From: Candidatus Krumholzibacteriia bacterium
GTDB lineage: Bacteria > Krumholzibacteriota > Krumholzibacteriia > LZORAL124-64-63
Direction: 5' to 3'
NCBI GenBank assembly: GCA_046484865.1
Contig: JAWOID010000059.1
Span: 1-55,009 of the forward strand
DNA length: 55,009 bases
Under the pieces are notes generated by a model. The model was not told where the DNA came from. It ran no database searches and saw only the letters and a list, made by a program, of their open reading frames with translations. Every line of letters starts with the position of its first letter. Position 1 is the stretch's first letter. Made by a program: the position numbers and the translations under genes. Below, piece after piece: positions 25,706 through 35,182 of this stretch.

Positions 25706-27526
25706 ATGCCGGGCTTCTGTCTGTCGTGGAACACGGATGCTGCGAGAGCGGAACGACTTACGACCGCGTTCGCTGCGCCCTGGGAGCCGATCGCCCACCA
25801 CGAGATGGGCAACTGTCATATCGCCTGGCATGCATTCGGTCCGCATTCCACGAGAGTCGCCTTGCGTGACGGTCGAGCCTTGCTCCTCGATGGGGATGTC
25901 GCTGCCCCGGATCCAGGCGAAGAGCCGATCCGCACCGGAACGATCGGATCGGATGCGCAACCGTCCTCCGCTCCCGCACTGGTCGTCGAGGTCGACACGG
26001 CAGCTCAGGATCTCGTGGCGACAGGCGATCCGACCGGTTCATTTCCCATGTACTACTGGCAGTCGAGCGCCGGATTGATGCTCTGCACTCGCCTCGGCCC
26101 GCTCGCTGCCGCGACCGGTGCTCCCGTCGACTGGGTGGGAGCGTTCCAGTACATGCGTCAGGGCTACCTGCTTGGCGACAGGACGATCTACTGCGGAATC
26201 AAGCGACTCGGGCCCGGCCAGAGGCTGTCGTTCCACGCTCGCACCGGCAAGGTCGAACTGGCCAGGGTGGTCGACCTCTGGGCTGAGCAGGAGTGCGGCG
26301 TCTCGACTCACGATGAAACCCTGGAGAGAGCATGGAACCTGCTTCTTCAGTCTGTCGATGCTGCGGCAGGCCACATGGAATCTTGCGGCCTCATGCTTTC
26401 CGCGGGCTGGGATTCCCGACTGGTTCTCGCGGCGTTGCTGGCGCGCGGCAAGACCAGAAGGCTCACGGCGTATACCCACGGGGACACCCGAAGCCTCGAG
26501 CTTCGGGTGGTCCACAGGGTTGCCGACCGGTACTCCCTCGATCTCCTTGCCCGCGATTTAGGACCGGGCTTTCCCGATCTGGGGCTGTGGGACATGGTTC
26601 ATACCAGGACCGGCGCCACTGCCTTCCCTCACTGGCACGTCGCAGCGGAACGCCTGCGCGGCCATGCCACGGTTGCGACCGCCGGAGTGTACGGCGAAGT
26701 CCTCGGCGGCCACTACGGCAGTTCGATGCTCTATGGCCGGCGCCGGCAAGCGTGGACCGTGGGGCGACTCCTGGTCAACTCCGGCAAGAGCCCCCCTTTC
26801 GACAGAGACGTCTTCCAACAGGGCCTGATGCGGTATCTCGGCCTTCATCGCGAAAGGAAGCCATGGTACCTCAACTCAGAACTGGCGGGCGAACTGCCTC
26901 GGTTGTTCCGCGGGACGCGGGCGGACGTTCATGGAACAGTCGAAGCCTTCGCTATGCGCGGGTTCACGTGCCTGGACTCCGCTGTCGAAGCGTTCATGGC
27001 AGAACACCGGGGAGCGCAACTCATCAACGCTCGGCTGCTGACGTTTCGCGCTCGCGGAGACGTCTGGCTGCCGCTGGCCGGGCCCAAGCTGGTCGCGCTC
27101 GCCGCGAGCCTCCCCTTCCACAGGCGGATCCACAATCGCCTGACGAGAGACCTCATCAAGCGCTTCGCTCCGGGGCTGCTCCGGTTTCCGACCTCCGCTG
27201 TTCCCGTGCCGACGCGACTCCCTCTCCTCGCTCAGGAGTTCGCGCGCGCTCTGCGCAAGACCAGCGAGACCATGCAGTGGCGATCTTACTTCCGCACCCA
27301 CGGCAAGACGTCACCGCCATATCTGGACTGGGCCAATTTCGAGTTCCTGCGGAACACCCCCGAACTGCTGGAACTCGTCGCCGATCTGAGAAGCCCCATC
27401 TGGGACAAGCGACGCATGATGCGGGATATCCTCGCGAGACAGTCCTTCGAGATGCCGGGCCCCATGCTGCCCGTGGCGATGCAATGTTTCCTCATCTACG
27501 GCCTCGACAAGCAGCTACGTCGCTGA
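25706..27526 (+). CDS. Asparagine-synthetase-like (ATP pyrophosphatase) protein lacking the N-terminal glutaminase Cys
   Basis: Start MPGFC (ATG 25706, SD GAGG). DPTGSFPMYY, DRTIYCGIKRLGPG, PP-loop LSAGWDSR, GVYGEVLGGHYG. Confidence 0.75.
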   Translation: MPGFCLSWNTDAARAERLTTAFAAPWEPIAHHEMGNCHIAWHAFGPHSTRVALRDGRALLLDGDVAAPDPGEEPIRTGTIGSDAQPSSAPALVVEVDTAAQDLVATGDPTGSFPMYYWQSSAGLMLCTRLGPLAAATGAPVDWVGAFQYMRQGYLLGDRTIYCGIKRLGPGQRLSFHARTGKVELARVVDLWAEQECGVSTHDETLERAWNLLLQSVDAAAGHMESCGLMLSAGWDSRLVLAALLARGKTRRLTAYTHGDTRSLELRVVHRVADRYSLDLLARDLGPGFPDLGLWDMVHTRTGATAFPHWHVAAERLRGHATVATAGVYGEVLGGHYGSSMLYGRRRQAWTVGRLLVNSGKSPPFDRDVFQQGLMRYLGLHRERKPWYLNSELAGELPRLFRGTRADVHGTVEAFAMRGFTCLDSAVEAFMAEHRGAQLINARLLTFRARGDVWLPLAGPKLVALAASLPFHRRIHNRLTRDLIKRFAPGLLRFPTSAVPVPTRLPLLAQEFARALRKTSETMQWRSYFRTHGKTSPPYLDWANFEFLRNTPELLELVADLRSPIWDKRRMMRDILARQSFEMPGPMLPVAMQCFLIYGLDKQLRR

Positions 27527-27633
27527 CCGGGTGACCTGGCGGACGATCAGTCGACGCTGGTGGGATGATCATTCGACGGGTATAATGAGCCTGTTCCACC
27601 GGACCGCCGGCTGAATCGGGACCGAGCCCGCCT

Positions 27634-28629
27634 ATGGCAACTCAACGCCTGGAACGTTCCTCCGGACCGCCCACGGTGTCGGTCATCGTGCCTGCGCGGG
27701 ACGAGGAAGAACACATCGGCCGCTGTCTCGAGAGTCTGCTCTCGCTGGAGTATCCCCGGCACAGAGTCGAGATCGTCGTCGTCGACAATGGTTCTCGAGA
27801 TCGTACGGCCGAGATCGCACGAGGAACCGGCGTCCGGGTGCTCGAGTTGCCCCAGGGGAACATCGGCGCGGTCCGGAACCACGGCGTGCGAGGGACCACC
27901 GGCGCATTTCTCGCGTTCATCGATGCGGACTGTATCGCCCCGGATGGCTGGCTGAATACCGCAATCGCCCTGCTTTCCGAAGATGAGGGCCTGGGAGCAG
28001 TTGGTGGGTCTTGCAAGGCGGAAGAATCCGCGACCTGGGTCGAGCGCGCGTGGGACTCCGGTCGATCGGGTTCGTGCACCTACGTGCACGGGCTCGCAAC
28101 TGGCAGCATGATCATCAGCCGCCGCCGCTTCGAAGAAGTCGGCGGCTTCAACGAGGCCCTGACCGCTGGCGAGGACTATGACCTCTCGGCGCGGCTCCGC
28201 GCGATGGGGCTGCGACTGCTGTTACACCCCACCTGCTCGGTGATTCACCTCGGCTGGCCCAAGAACCTTGGGGGCGTATTCCGGCGGGAACTCTGGCACG
28301 GTTCCCACCAGCTCGAACTGGCGCATGGGCTCATGACGAGAACGATGATATCCGTCCACCTGTTCGCGGTCACACTGCTGGTGGGGCTCTTCTGGGTTTT
28401 CGCCAGCGGCTTCTCTTCGGCGTTCCCGCTGCTCCTGCTCTCGGTACCGCTCTCGCTGCCTGCGGCCGCTGCGTGGGCAAGGTCCACCGCAATCGCCCCC
28501 CGCAGCGCGAGAGCGAGACGGATGGCCACATTGTATCCTATCTTCTGGTCTTATTACCTTGGCCGGTCATTCGGCCTGCTGGGCAACTACGGGAGCTTGT
28601 TCGGTCGCTGGATCCGAAGATCACGTTGA
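27634..28629 (+). CDS. Glycosyltransferase family 2 with C-terminal membrane helices
   Basis: VSVIVPARDEE, VVDNGSRD, FIDAD, GGFNEALTAGEDYDL. Hydrophobic C-terminus. Confidence 0.92.
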   Translation: MATQRLERSSGPPTVSVIVPARDEEEHIGRCLESLLSLEYPRHRVEIVVVDNGSRDRTAEIARGTGVRVLELPQGNIGAVRNHGVRGTTGAFLAFIDADCIAPDGWLNTAIALLSEDEGLGAVGGSCKAEESATWVERAWDSGRSGSCTYVHGLATGSMIISRRRFEEVGGFNEALTAGEDYDLSARLRAMGLRLLLHPTCSVIHLGWPKNLGGVFRRELWHGSHQLELAHGLMTRTMISVHLFAVTLLVGLFWVFASGFSSAFPLLLLSVPLSLPAAAAWARSTAIAPRSARARRMATLYPIFWSYYLGRSFGLLGNYGSLFGRWIRRSR

Positions 28630-28682
28630 TCCAACGCCTGACGCCCCGGATGCCGCTCGCCTCCGTGCCGATGCGAGACCGA

Positions 28683-30116
28683 TCAAGGGCTTCCGATCGG
28701 AATGCCCGTCGCCGCCGGATGATCACCGTCGATCGTCAAGGACGTGGATGTCGCATTCCCGGACAGATCGTAGCAGGTGATGGTGATCACGTTCACGCCG
28801 GGCTTGAGTTCGATCCCTTCGATCGACCAGTTGACCGATCCCGCCGCGTTCCCCGATCCCCCCAGGCTGTTCGACCAGGTCACCCGCGCGATTCCGACAT
28901 CGTCGCTGGCCGTCCCGGCAAGTTGCAGATAGTGCGGCGGCATGGGCTCGCCAGGCCCTCGTCCGACCACGCGCCAGCGCCCGTCGACGAAATCACCGGG
29001 CAGATCTCCGTAGATGGTGCCCAGGAGCTGGGATTGCCCCACGAAGATGACCGGCGCGGTCGCGTCGTCGCCGCTCGTCGCGAACTCGAGCGGGACACCA
29101 GCCGAAGGCACACCGTTCGCGTCGACCACGAACAGGAACAGCCGTTGCCCCGGCGGGAACGAGCCCCGGTTGGCGTTGCACGTGATCTGTCCGCTGGACC
29201 ACGATGTCGGGATCTGCATCTCTCGCTGCGAACAGTTGGCATACACGAGATCATCACCGATTTCGACGCGGGCCCACGACTTGTCGACGTAGACATCGTC
29301 GAACCAGCTGTGAACCCACTCGGCGGCGCCGTCCTTCACGTAGTTGCCGAGCCAGAACATGTCCAGCGAATCATCCGTCTCGTCCGACATCCACTGCACG
29401 AAGTCCCAGGAGAACTGCTCCACACCGTCCATGTAGACCTTCAGCACGCCGTTGCAAACCCCCCTGGAGTTCACCTGGAGCTGGACCTGGACGTTTTGCC
29501 ACTGGTATCCGGGACCCGGCACGGGCAGCCCGGAGATGCGCTGCGTCTCGGAGCAGCCCGTCTCCTGCCAGATGACGGCCGATCCGCCGTTGCGGCAGGA
29601 CAGTTTCATTTCCCCGGTCGTCCAGGTCGTTGTTATGTCCGGATACGTATCCACATCGATGGGCCCATCGCAGATCCGCCAGACCTTGTAGTGATCCGCG
29701 AGCGTCGGATCGAAATCGCTGGCCCACCAGAAACTGAAGAACGCTTTCTCGTTGGGCCGGATGTTCAAATCCTGCAGGTAGATGATCTCTCGGAGATTCC
29801 CGATCTTGACGCCCGCGTTGAGACCTCGCCCGTTGCGAAGATTCCGGTTGTCCCAGCGGACCTGATCCTCGGGTGAATTGGTCCCTCCGTAATGCCATGT
29901 ACTCGAGTCCCGGTTGATTCTCTGCCCCAGGACGCCGGCATCGAAGTTGTCCCAGAGAACAGGGGCCGGATTAGACTTCGTCCCGAAATTTGATCCGACG
30001 ATCGTGAACGTCTGGCCGTCCAGGATCACCGGATCGTAACTGTCCACGTTCGGCTGTGCGCTCGCCACGCCCCCTGTCATCACCAGCAGGCAGATCGCAA
30101 CGATTGTACGGAGCAT
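28683..30116 (-). CDS. Secreted hypothetical protein (IPT-like N-terminus, jelly-roll/lyase-like core, C-terminal Ig-like domain)
   Basis: Signal peptide MLRTIVAICLLVMTGGVASA, SD GGAGG. FTIVGSNFGTK, NGVLKVYMDG, LAGTASDDVGIARVTW..GVNVITITCYDLSGN. Confidence 0.7.
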   Translation of the reverse strand: MLRTIVAICLLVMTGGVASAQPNVDSYDPVILDGQTFTIVGSNFGTKSNPAPVLWDNFDAGVLGQRINRDSSTWHYGGTNSPEDQVRWDNRNLRNGRGLNAGVKIGNLREIIYLQDLNIRPNEKAFFSFWWASDFDPTLADHYKVWRICDGPIDVDTYPDITTTWTTGEMKLSCRNGGSAVIWQETGCSETQRISGLPVPGPGYQWQNVQVQLQVNSRGVCNGVLKVYMDGVEQFSWDFVQWMSDETDDSLDMFWLGNYVKDGAAEWVHSWFDDVYVDKSWARVEIGDDLVYANCSQREMQIPTSWSSGQITCNANRGSFPPGQRLFLFVVDANGVPSAGVPLEFATSGDDATAPVIFVGQSQLLGTIYGDLPGDFVDGRWRVVGRGPGEPMPPHYLQLAGTASDDVGIARVTWSNSLGGSGNAAGSVNWSIEGIELKPGVNVITITCYDLSGNATSTSLTIDGDHPAATGIPIGSP

Positions 30117-30170
30117 GGGTTTCCTCCACCGGGTGCAGCGAAGCAGTCGTCCTTACAGAGAGGAGGCATG

Positions 30171-30186
30171 GCATTCGGCGTGCCAA
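30171..30186 (-). promoter_or_regulatory. Putative sigma54 (-24/-12) promoter
   Basis: Minus strand TTGGCACGCCGAATGC = TGGCACG-N4-ATGC, exact GG-N10-GC spacing, about 55 bp upstream of ATG 30116. Confidence 0.55.
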
Positions 30187-30347
30187 CGCGCAGTGCGCTG
30201 CAATATACGGAACTGTTCCCGGTTGTTCAAGGGCTCCTCGTCTTTCCTCGACCTCCTCGTCGAGGAGCACAACTCCGACGGCATGGGGATTCCCTAACCT
30301 GTTATCGCGAAGGGATTTACATGCCCGCAGGTTATCTGGCCAGGAGC

Positions 30348-31427
30348 TCAGCCGGTGCTCCGGAAGCTCGCCTCGCCCCTCTTCCGCCTGTCCAATCTCA
30401 TCGCGAGATCATAGACGCTCTGCATGTGGCCCAAGGTGGAGTAGAGTGGCCGACTGGCTTTTGCTCGGGCCCGACGTTCCATCTTTGCCCTCAGGTCGGG
30501 CCGGGTCCACAGCGCGATCACGGCCTTCTGCAACCCTGCACGGTCACCGCAATCCAGAACGTAGCCATCGACCCCGTCCCGGACGTATGCCGCGGCGCTG
30601 CGCCTGTCGCAAACGACCACCGGCTTCCCCAGGTACAGGGCGTTGAGCATCGTCTGGTGTCCCGCGGTCCGGAAGAACCCCGCCGGGTGCGCCTCGACCA
30701 CGACGGTGCTGCTGGCGAGCAGATGGCGAAATTCCACGGGCGTCACACCGCGCACCGTTATCGAGGGGTACCTTGCGGCAACCTGCGCCACTCCTTCGAC
30801 CTGCGTTGCGATCACGACGGGAATTCCGGTCGGCCCGAGGGCTTCGATCACCGTCTCGAAATCACGACCGACATTGCCGCCACAGAAGACATATCCGCCG
30901 TCCCCGGGCTCCCAGACCACGCCGCCGAAGTCGTCCAGAGTGATATGGTACGGATGGAACCGAAGCTTCCGACGATCCAGTCCGTGGGCCCTGGCGAACA
31001 GGTCCACATCGCTCTTGCCCCAGACGACTGCTCCGTCGATCGCCCGGTTGAAGATCCAGGCCTTCGCCGTGTCGCGAAACCGCGCCCATCCCGAACGGGG
31101 CCGGTCGAGCAGCAGATCGAACATGAGGTGGACCCTGGGTTCTCGGATATGCCGGAAGGAGTGCTGCAAGACCGCCAGGACGAAACCGTGCGAAGCGCCA
31201 TAGGTCACGATGACTGCTCTGCTCGGGTAGCGCAGGGAACGCAGGTACATGCCGAGACCGCGAATACCGCTGCGAAGGAATTTCATTCTTCCGCGCAGGA
31301 ATCCCGTCTCCAACCATGACCACTGCGGATCGATCCGCTCGCGGACGCCCTGGAAGTGCTCGGGGTCGCCATGGTCGGTGAGGACGACGTAGGCGTCCAG
31401 CGATTCAGGACGGCCCCTCGCGCTCAT
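30348..31427 (-). CDS. Glycosyltransferase (GT4-like, divergent)
   Basis: YVFCGGNVGRDF, AGHQTMLNALYLGKPVV, YVRDGVDGY (GT-B C-terminal domain). Translationally coupled. Confidence 0.8.
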   Translation of the reverse strand: MSARGRPESLDAYVVLTDHGDPEHFQGVRERIDPQWSWLETGFLRGRMKFLRSGIRGLGMYLRSLRYPSRAVIVTYGASHGFVLAVLQHSFRHIREPRVHLMFDLLLDRPRSGWARFRDTAKAWIFNRAIDGAVVWGKSDVDLFARAHGLDRRKLRFHPYHITLDDFGGVVWEPGDGGYVFCGGNVGRDFETVIEALGPTGIPVVIATQVEGVAQVAARYPSITVRGVTPVEFRHLLASSTVVVEAHPAGFFRTAGHQTMLNALYLGKPVVVCDRRSAAAYVRDGVDGYVLDCGDRAGLQKAVIALWTRPDLRAKMERRARAKASRPLYSTLGHMQSVYDLAMRLDRRKRGEASFRSTG

Positions 31428-32341
31428 CAGACGCGCCTCAGTCCGAGCTTCGTCAATCCCTTCCAGGTCCGCTTGCTCGCCGGCCAGAGGATGACGGCAC
31501 GCAAAAGATCCCTGTAAGCCTCACGACTTCGACCACTCCGCGCGAGCCACAGACCCCGCGTCGTCAACGTGTACGCCCGGGCTCGCCGGCGGACCATGCC
31601 ACTGACGGCATCCGGATTGGCTTCATGAAAACGCTCGAGCAGTGCCATGGCATTTCTCAGCCTCTCCTCCACTCGGGCGGACATCTGACCGTCCCAGATG
31701 CGGTAGCAGGCAAATACCTGAGGGATGTAGCGGAAACCATGTGCGACGGACATCCGCAGCCACAGATCGTAATCGATCGACATGGTCAGGCGCTCGTCGA
31801 ACCCGCCCAGGTCCTCGAAAGCCGATCTCCGCACGAGGACCGTGGGGAAGGTGATGAAGTTCTCGATCAGAAGTTGAGCGGTGATCTGTCCCGAGTAGCG
31901 TTTCGCCCGGTAGGTCGGGACCTCTCTCCCCTCGCTGTCGATCCACCTGGATTCGCCATAGACGACCGCGATGCCTTCGTCTGCCTCCATGATCGGCACC
32001 TGCGTCCCGAGTTTGCCCGGCAGCCAGAAATCGTCGCCGTCGCAGAAGCCCAGGTACTTGCCCCTGGCTTCCCTGCATCCTCTGTTCTTGGCGATCGTCT
32101 GACCCTGGTTGGGCTGTCGCAAGATCCTGACCCGGGGATCGTCGACGAATTCCTCGAGAACGGCCGGCGTCTCGTCCGTCGATCCATCATCGACCACGAT
32201 CAACTCGAGACACGGGTAGTCCTGGTCGAGGATCGATCTGATCGCCATGCCGACGTAGCGGCCCTGATTGTACGTCGCGATGACGACGGTCACCAGCGGT
32301 GCGCCGGCCTCGCTCGGCGACGATCCAGAACTCGGGTTCAT
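31427..32341 (-). CDS. Glycosyltransferase family 2
   Basis: Start MNPSS (ATGA overlap). VTVVIATYN, VVDDGSTD, FCDGDD, IDYDLWLR. Confidence 0.92.
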   Translation of the reverse strand: MNPSSGSSPSEAGAPLVTVVIATYNQGRYVGMAIRSILDQDYPCLELIVVDDGSTDETPAVLEEFVDDPRVRILRQPNQGQTIAKNRGCREARGKYLGFCDGDDFWLPGKLGTQVPIMEADEGIAVVYGESRWIDSEGREVPTYRAKRYSGQITAQLLIENFITFPTVLVRRSAFEDLGGFDERLTMSIDYDLWLRMSVAHGFRYIPQVFACYRIWDGQMSARVEERLRNAMALLERFHEANPDAVSGMVRRRARAYTLTTRGLWLARSGRSREAYRDLLRAVILWPASKRTWKGLTKLGLRRV

Positions 32342-33783
32342 CTGGCCCCGCTGCTTGTCTGGGTGTTGCGAAACGCCATTCCGTCGGTGGAGTTGCCGGG
32401 CTGCAGGTCGTTCGCAGCCTCGCTGGCGTTCACGAGGATCGCCACGCGGCGCCCCAGCACCCTGGTGACCCGCAGCAGCACGAATGCGTTGCCCGCCAGG
32501 AACCACCAGTAGACGTACAGCAGATCATGTCCGAACATCCCCATGAGCAGGTGCATGACCAGGAAGCCGAGACAGCCGAGAACCATTCCTCGTGCGAGCA
32601 GGAGATCGTTCAACAGCGTCCCCGCAAACTCGTGTTGCCCCGACGGGAGCCGGGCTGCCGACCGCCGGACGGTCCTGATCAGCGCTTCGGTCCGCGTCTT
32701 CGCCCTCTTCAACGCGTCCACGAGGGCAAAGATGAAGATCGAGAACACGATCAGTCCCTGAATGCCCGTCGCGACCAGAATCTCGAGATAGAGGTTGTGC
32801 GTGTACTGAGCGTTGGCGCCGTAAGTATCGTAGCGCAACTTGGGAAACGCCTCCAGGCCGGTACCCAGCGGGTTCTGTAGGAAGAGTTGCCAGGCATCCT
32901 CCATCAGAGCCAGTCTGGCCTCGCGCGATCGCCCGGTCGTGCTGTCACCGCCAATGCTCTCGAACCGGCCGACGTATTGATCTGGAACCAGGACGACCAG
33001 GACGGGCAGAACCAACAGTCCGATCAGCAAGGCCTTGGTCTTTTGCTTCGACATGCCCCATACGAAGAGGACGAAGCCGACGAGCGCCAGATAAGCGGAG
33101 CGGGAGCCCGAGTAGACCACGCAGACGGCACCCAGCACGAGAATCGCCACGAACCAGGCGCGGACCAGCAACTTGCGCGCGGGAATGAACAGGTAGAAGA
33201 CGAAGGGGAGAGCGTCGACTGCGAACGCTCCGAGGCTGTTGGGGTGGTGGTAGATCGGAACGGCGCCGTGCAGACGCATGATCCCCTGGTTCTGCCAGTA
33301 GAGGCCGCCTCCGATCAGCCCCCTGGTCGACTCCTGGTAGACGTAGAAACACGCCAGCAGCCACGTGAGCACGAACAACTTGTACTGCCTCGGGCTGCGG
33401 ATGAGAATCAGCATGAACACGGTCAGGAAGCTGTGCTTGACGACACCCTCCGTGAAACCGCGCTCGGCTGCCGGCGGATCATAGGCAAACGGCACCTGGA
33501 TGGCGAGAACCACGTACAGCGCCAGGATCGCATAGATGAGCCTGGCGCCGTCCCGGAGTTGCACCGGACGGGTCGCCGCGATCAGCACGCAGGCACAGAG
33601 GAGGATCACACCGAGCAGCAGTTCGAATCGCGTGACGGCGAAGATCTCCCGCCGGTAGCCCCACTGCATGTACCGCGCGAGCACGAACACCAGAAACATG
33701 CCGTAGATGACGAAGTTCGGCTCCCAGGTTCTCGGCACCTGAAGAGACATCGGCCTGGGTTGGCGATCAGAGATGATGTGCAT
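32338..33783 (-). CDS. O-antigen ligase / Wzy polymerase family membrane protein
   Basis: Multi-TM. HPNSLG, YSGSRSA, ARLALMEDAW..NPLGTGLEAF, THNLYLEILVATGIQG. Confidence 0.87.
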   Translation of the reverse strand: MHIISDRQPRPMSLQVPRTWEPNFVIYGMFLVFVLARYMQWGYRREIFAVTRFELLLGVILLCACVLIAATRPVQLRDGARLIYAILALYVVLAIQVPFAYDPPAAERGFTEGVVKHSFLTVFMLILIRSPRQYKLFVLTWLLACFYVYQESTRGLIGGGLYWQNQGIMRLHGAVPIYHHPNSLGAFAVDALPFVFYLFIPARKLLVRAWFVAILVLGAVCVVYSGSRSAYLALVGFVLFVWGMSKQKTKALLIGLLVLPVLVVLVPDQYVGRFESIGGDSTTGRSREARLALMEDAWQLFLQNPLGTGLEAFPKLRYDTYGANAQYTHNLYLEILVATGIQGLIVFSIFIFALVDALKRAKTRTEALIRTVRRSAARLPSGQHEFAGTLLNDLLLARGMVLGCLGFLVMHLLMGMFGHDLLYVYWWFLAGNAFVLLRVTRVLGRRVAILVNASEAANDLQPGNSTDGMAFRNTQTSSGAR

Positions 33784-35131
33784 CGGTCGTCTTCTCTGGC
33801 TGTGGTTCGTCCCAGTATGCGCTGAAGTACGAGCGCTTGGCTCCGGCGACGCCGGTGTGCCGATCTAGCCGGACCAGTTCGAACGTCAGGGCGCCCTCGG
33901 CGAGGTCCGTGAGCAAGCGCTGCAGATGGTCAGCGAAGCCGCCGGCCGTGAGACGGTCTCCGTCACCGAGATCCAGGCCGATGCGGACACGGTCCGGAGT
34001 CTCCTGTCGGATGTGGAATCGTTGCACGTGTCCATGGGCGCGCGCCACCAGCATGATGGCGTCCACGACATCCGTGACGTGGATGAGAGCACCAGCCCGC
34101 GTTCGGATATAACGATCGCGGGACCGTCCCGCCACGGACTCGAGCGAGGGTAACCCGCGACCGCACGAGCACCTGGCCGTGGCGGCCACGGCCGCGTCTC
34201 CCACCCGATATCGCACCAGGGGCTGGGCCCGGTTGTCGAGGTCTGTCACGACGACATCGCCCCCAGGAGAGCGGCTGCTCTGCGCAACGAGTTCCACCAG
34301 CACCTTCTCGGCCTGCACGTGCAGAGAACCCTCGGGGCACTCGAATGCGATGATATCGACCTCACTGCATCCGTACTCGTTGAGGACAGGCACGCTCAAC
34401 CGCTCTGCCAGGGCGATACGCTCGAGGTGCGTGCTCATCTCGGCCGTCACGACGGCGGCCTTCGTGCCCAGATCGGCGAGATTCGACCCGGGCGGTCGAG
34501 GAACCCCCGCCAACCGGTCCACCAGACTGAAGTAGCCGTACAGGTAAGTCGGCCGGAAACGTGCCAGTCGCCTCCAGATCTTCGGATTCTCCAGCTCGGC
34601 GGGGCGGACCACCAGGCGATTCAGGAGTGAGTCCCTCGCCCGCTCCACCATTCCGCTTGCCCCGCGCCGTCCCCAGAATCGCGCTTCTCGCGCGCCCACG
34701 GCGATGCCATGCCAGCCGAGACAGCGAAAGCGAGCCGCCAGAGAACGTGCATGGGCACGGGCATCCACATGGACGATGGTCGGCTCGCCACTGGTCCCGG
34801 AAGAGTGTCGCCGCAGATCCAGGGCGTTCCGGCTGACTGACCTGCCGAGTTCGTGGACCTCCGGTTTGCCGATGACCGGAAGGTTCGCCAGGTCCGCCAG
34901 TTCGCCGATGTCATCGCTCCGGAAATCCCGCCCCCACAGCTCCCTGTAGAATCCGAAGTTGGCATGGCAGTAGGCCAGCAGATCACGCAGCTTCCTCAGC
35001 TGCAAGTCCGCCATGCCGTCAGCGTCCAGCCACTGACTGCGCTCGAGTTCCCTGACCATCGCCCGGATGTTCTGGCCCCGCAGGCCGAAGATGGCGGGGA
35101 CGACGACTGTCGAGGCGATTCCCTCACGCAC
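33767..35131 (-). CDS. Second CapK / phenylacetate-CoA-ligase-like adenylate-forming enzyme
   Basis: SSGTSGEP, NEYGCSE, QPLVRYRVGD, GRSRD. Confidence 0.83.
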   Translation of the reverse strand: MREGIASTVVVPAIFGLRGQNIRAMVRELERSQWLDADGMADLQLRKLRDLLAYCHANFGFYRELWGRDFRSDDIGELADLANLPVIGKPEVHELGRSVSRNALDLRRHSSGTSGEPTIVHVDARAHARSLAARFRCLGWHGIAVGAREARFWGRRGASGMVERARDSLLNRLVVRPAELENPKIWRRLARFRPTYLYGYFSLVDRLAGVPRPPGSNLADLGTKAAVVTAEMSTHLERIALAERLSVPVLNEYGCSEVDIIAFECPEGSLHVQAEKVLVELVAQSSRSPGGDVVVTDLDNRAQPLVRYRVGDAAVAATARCSCGRGLPSLESVAGRSRDRYIRTRAGALIHVTDVVDAIMLVARAHGHVQRFHIRQETPDRVRIGLDLGDGDRLTAGGFADHLQRLLTDLAEGALTFELVRLDRHTGVAGAKRSYFSAYWDEPQPEKTTDAHHL

Positions 35132-35182
35132 GGCGCACTCCGCGCAGCCGCCGGGAGGATCGGCGCTGCGTACGCCGGCCGA

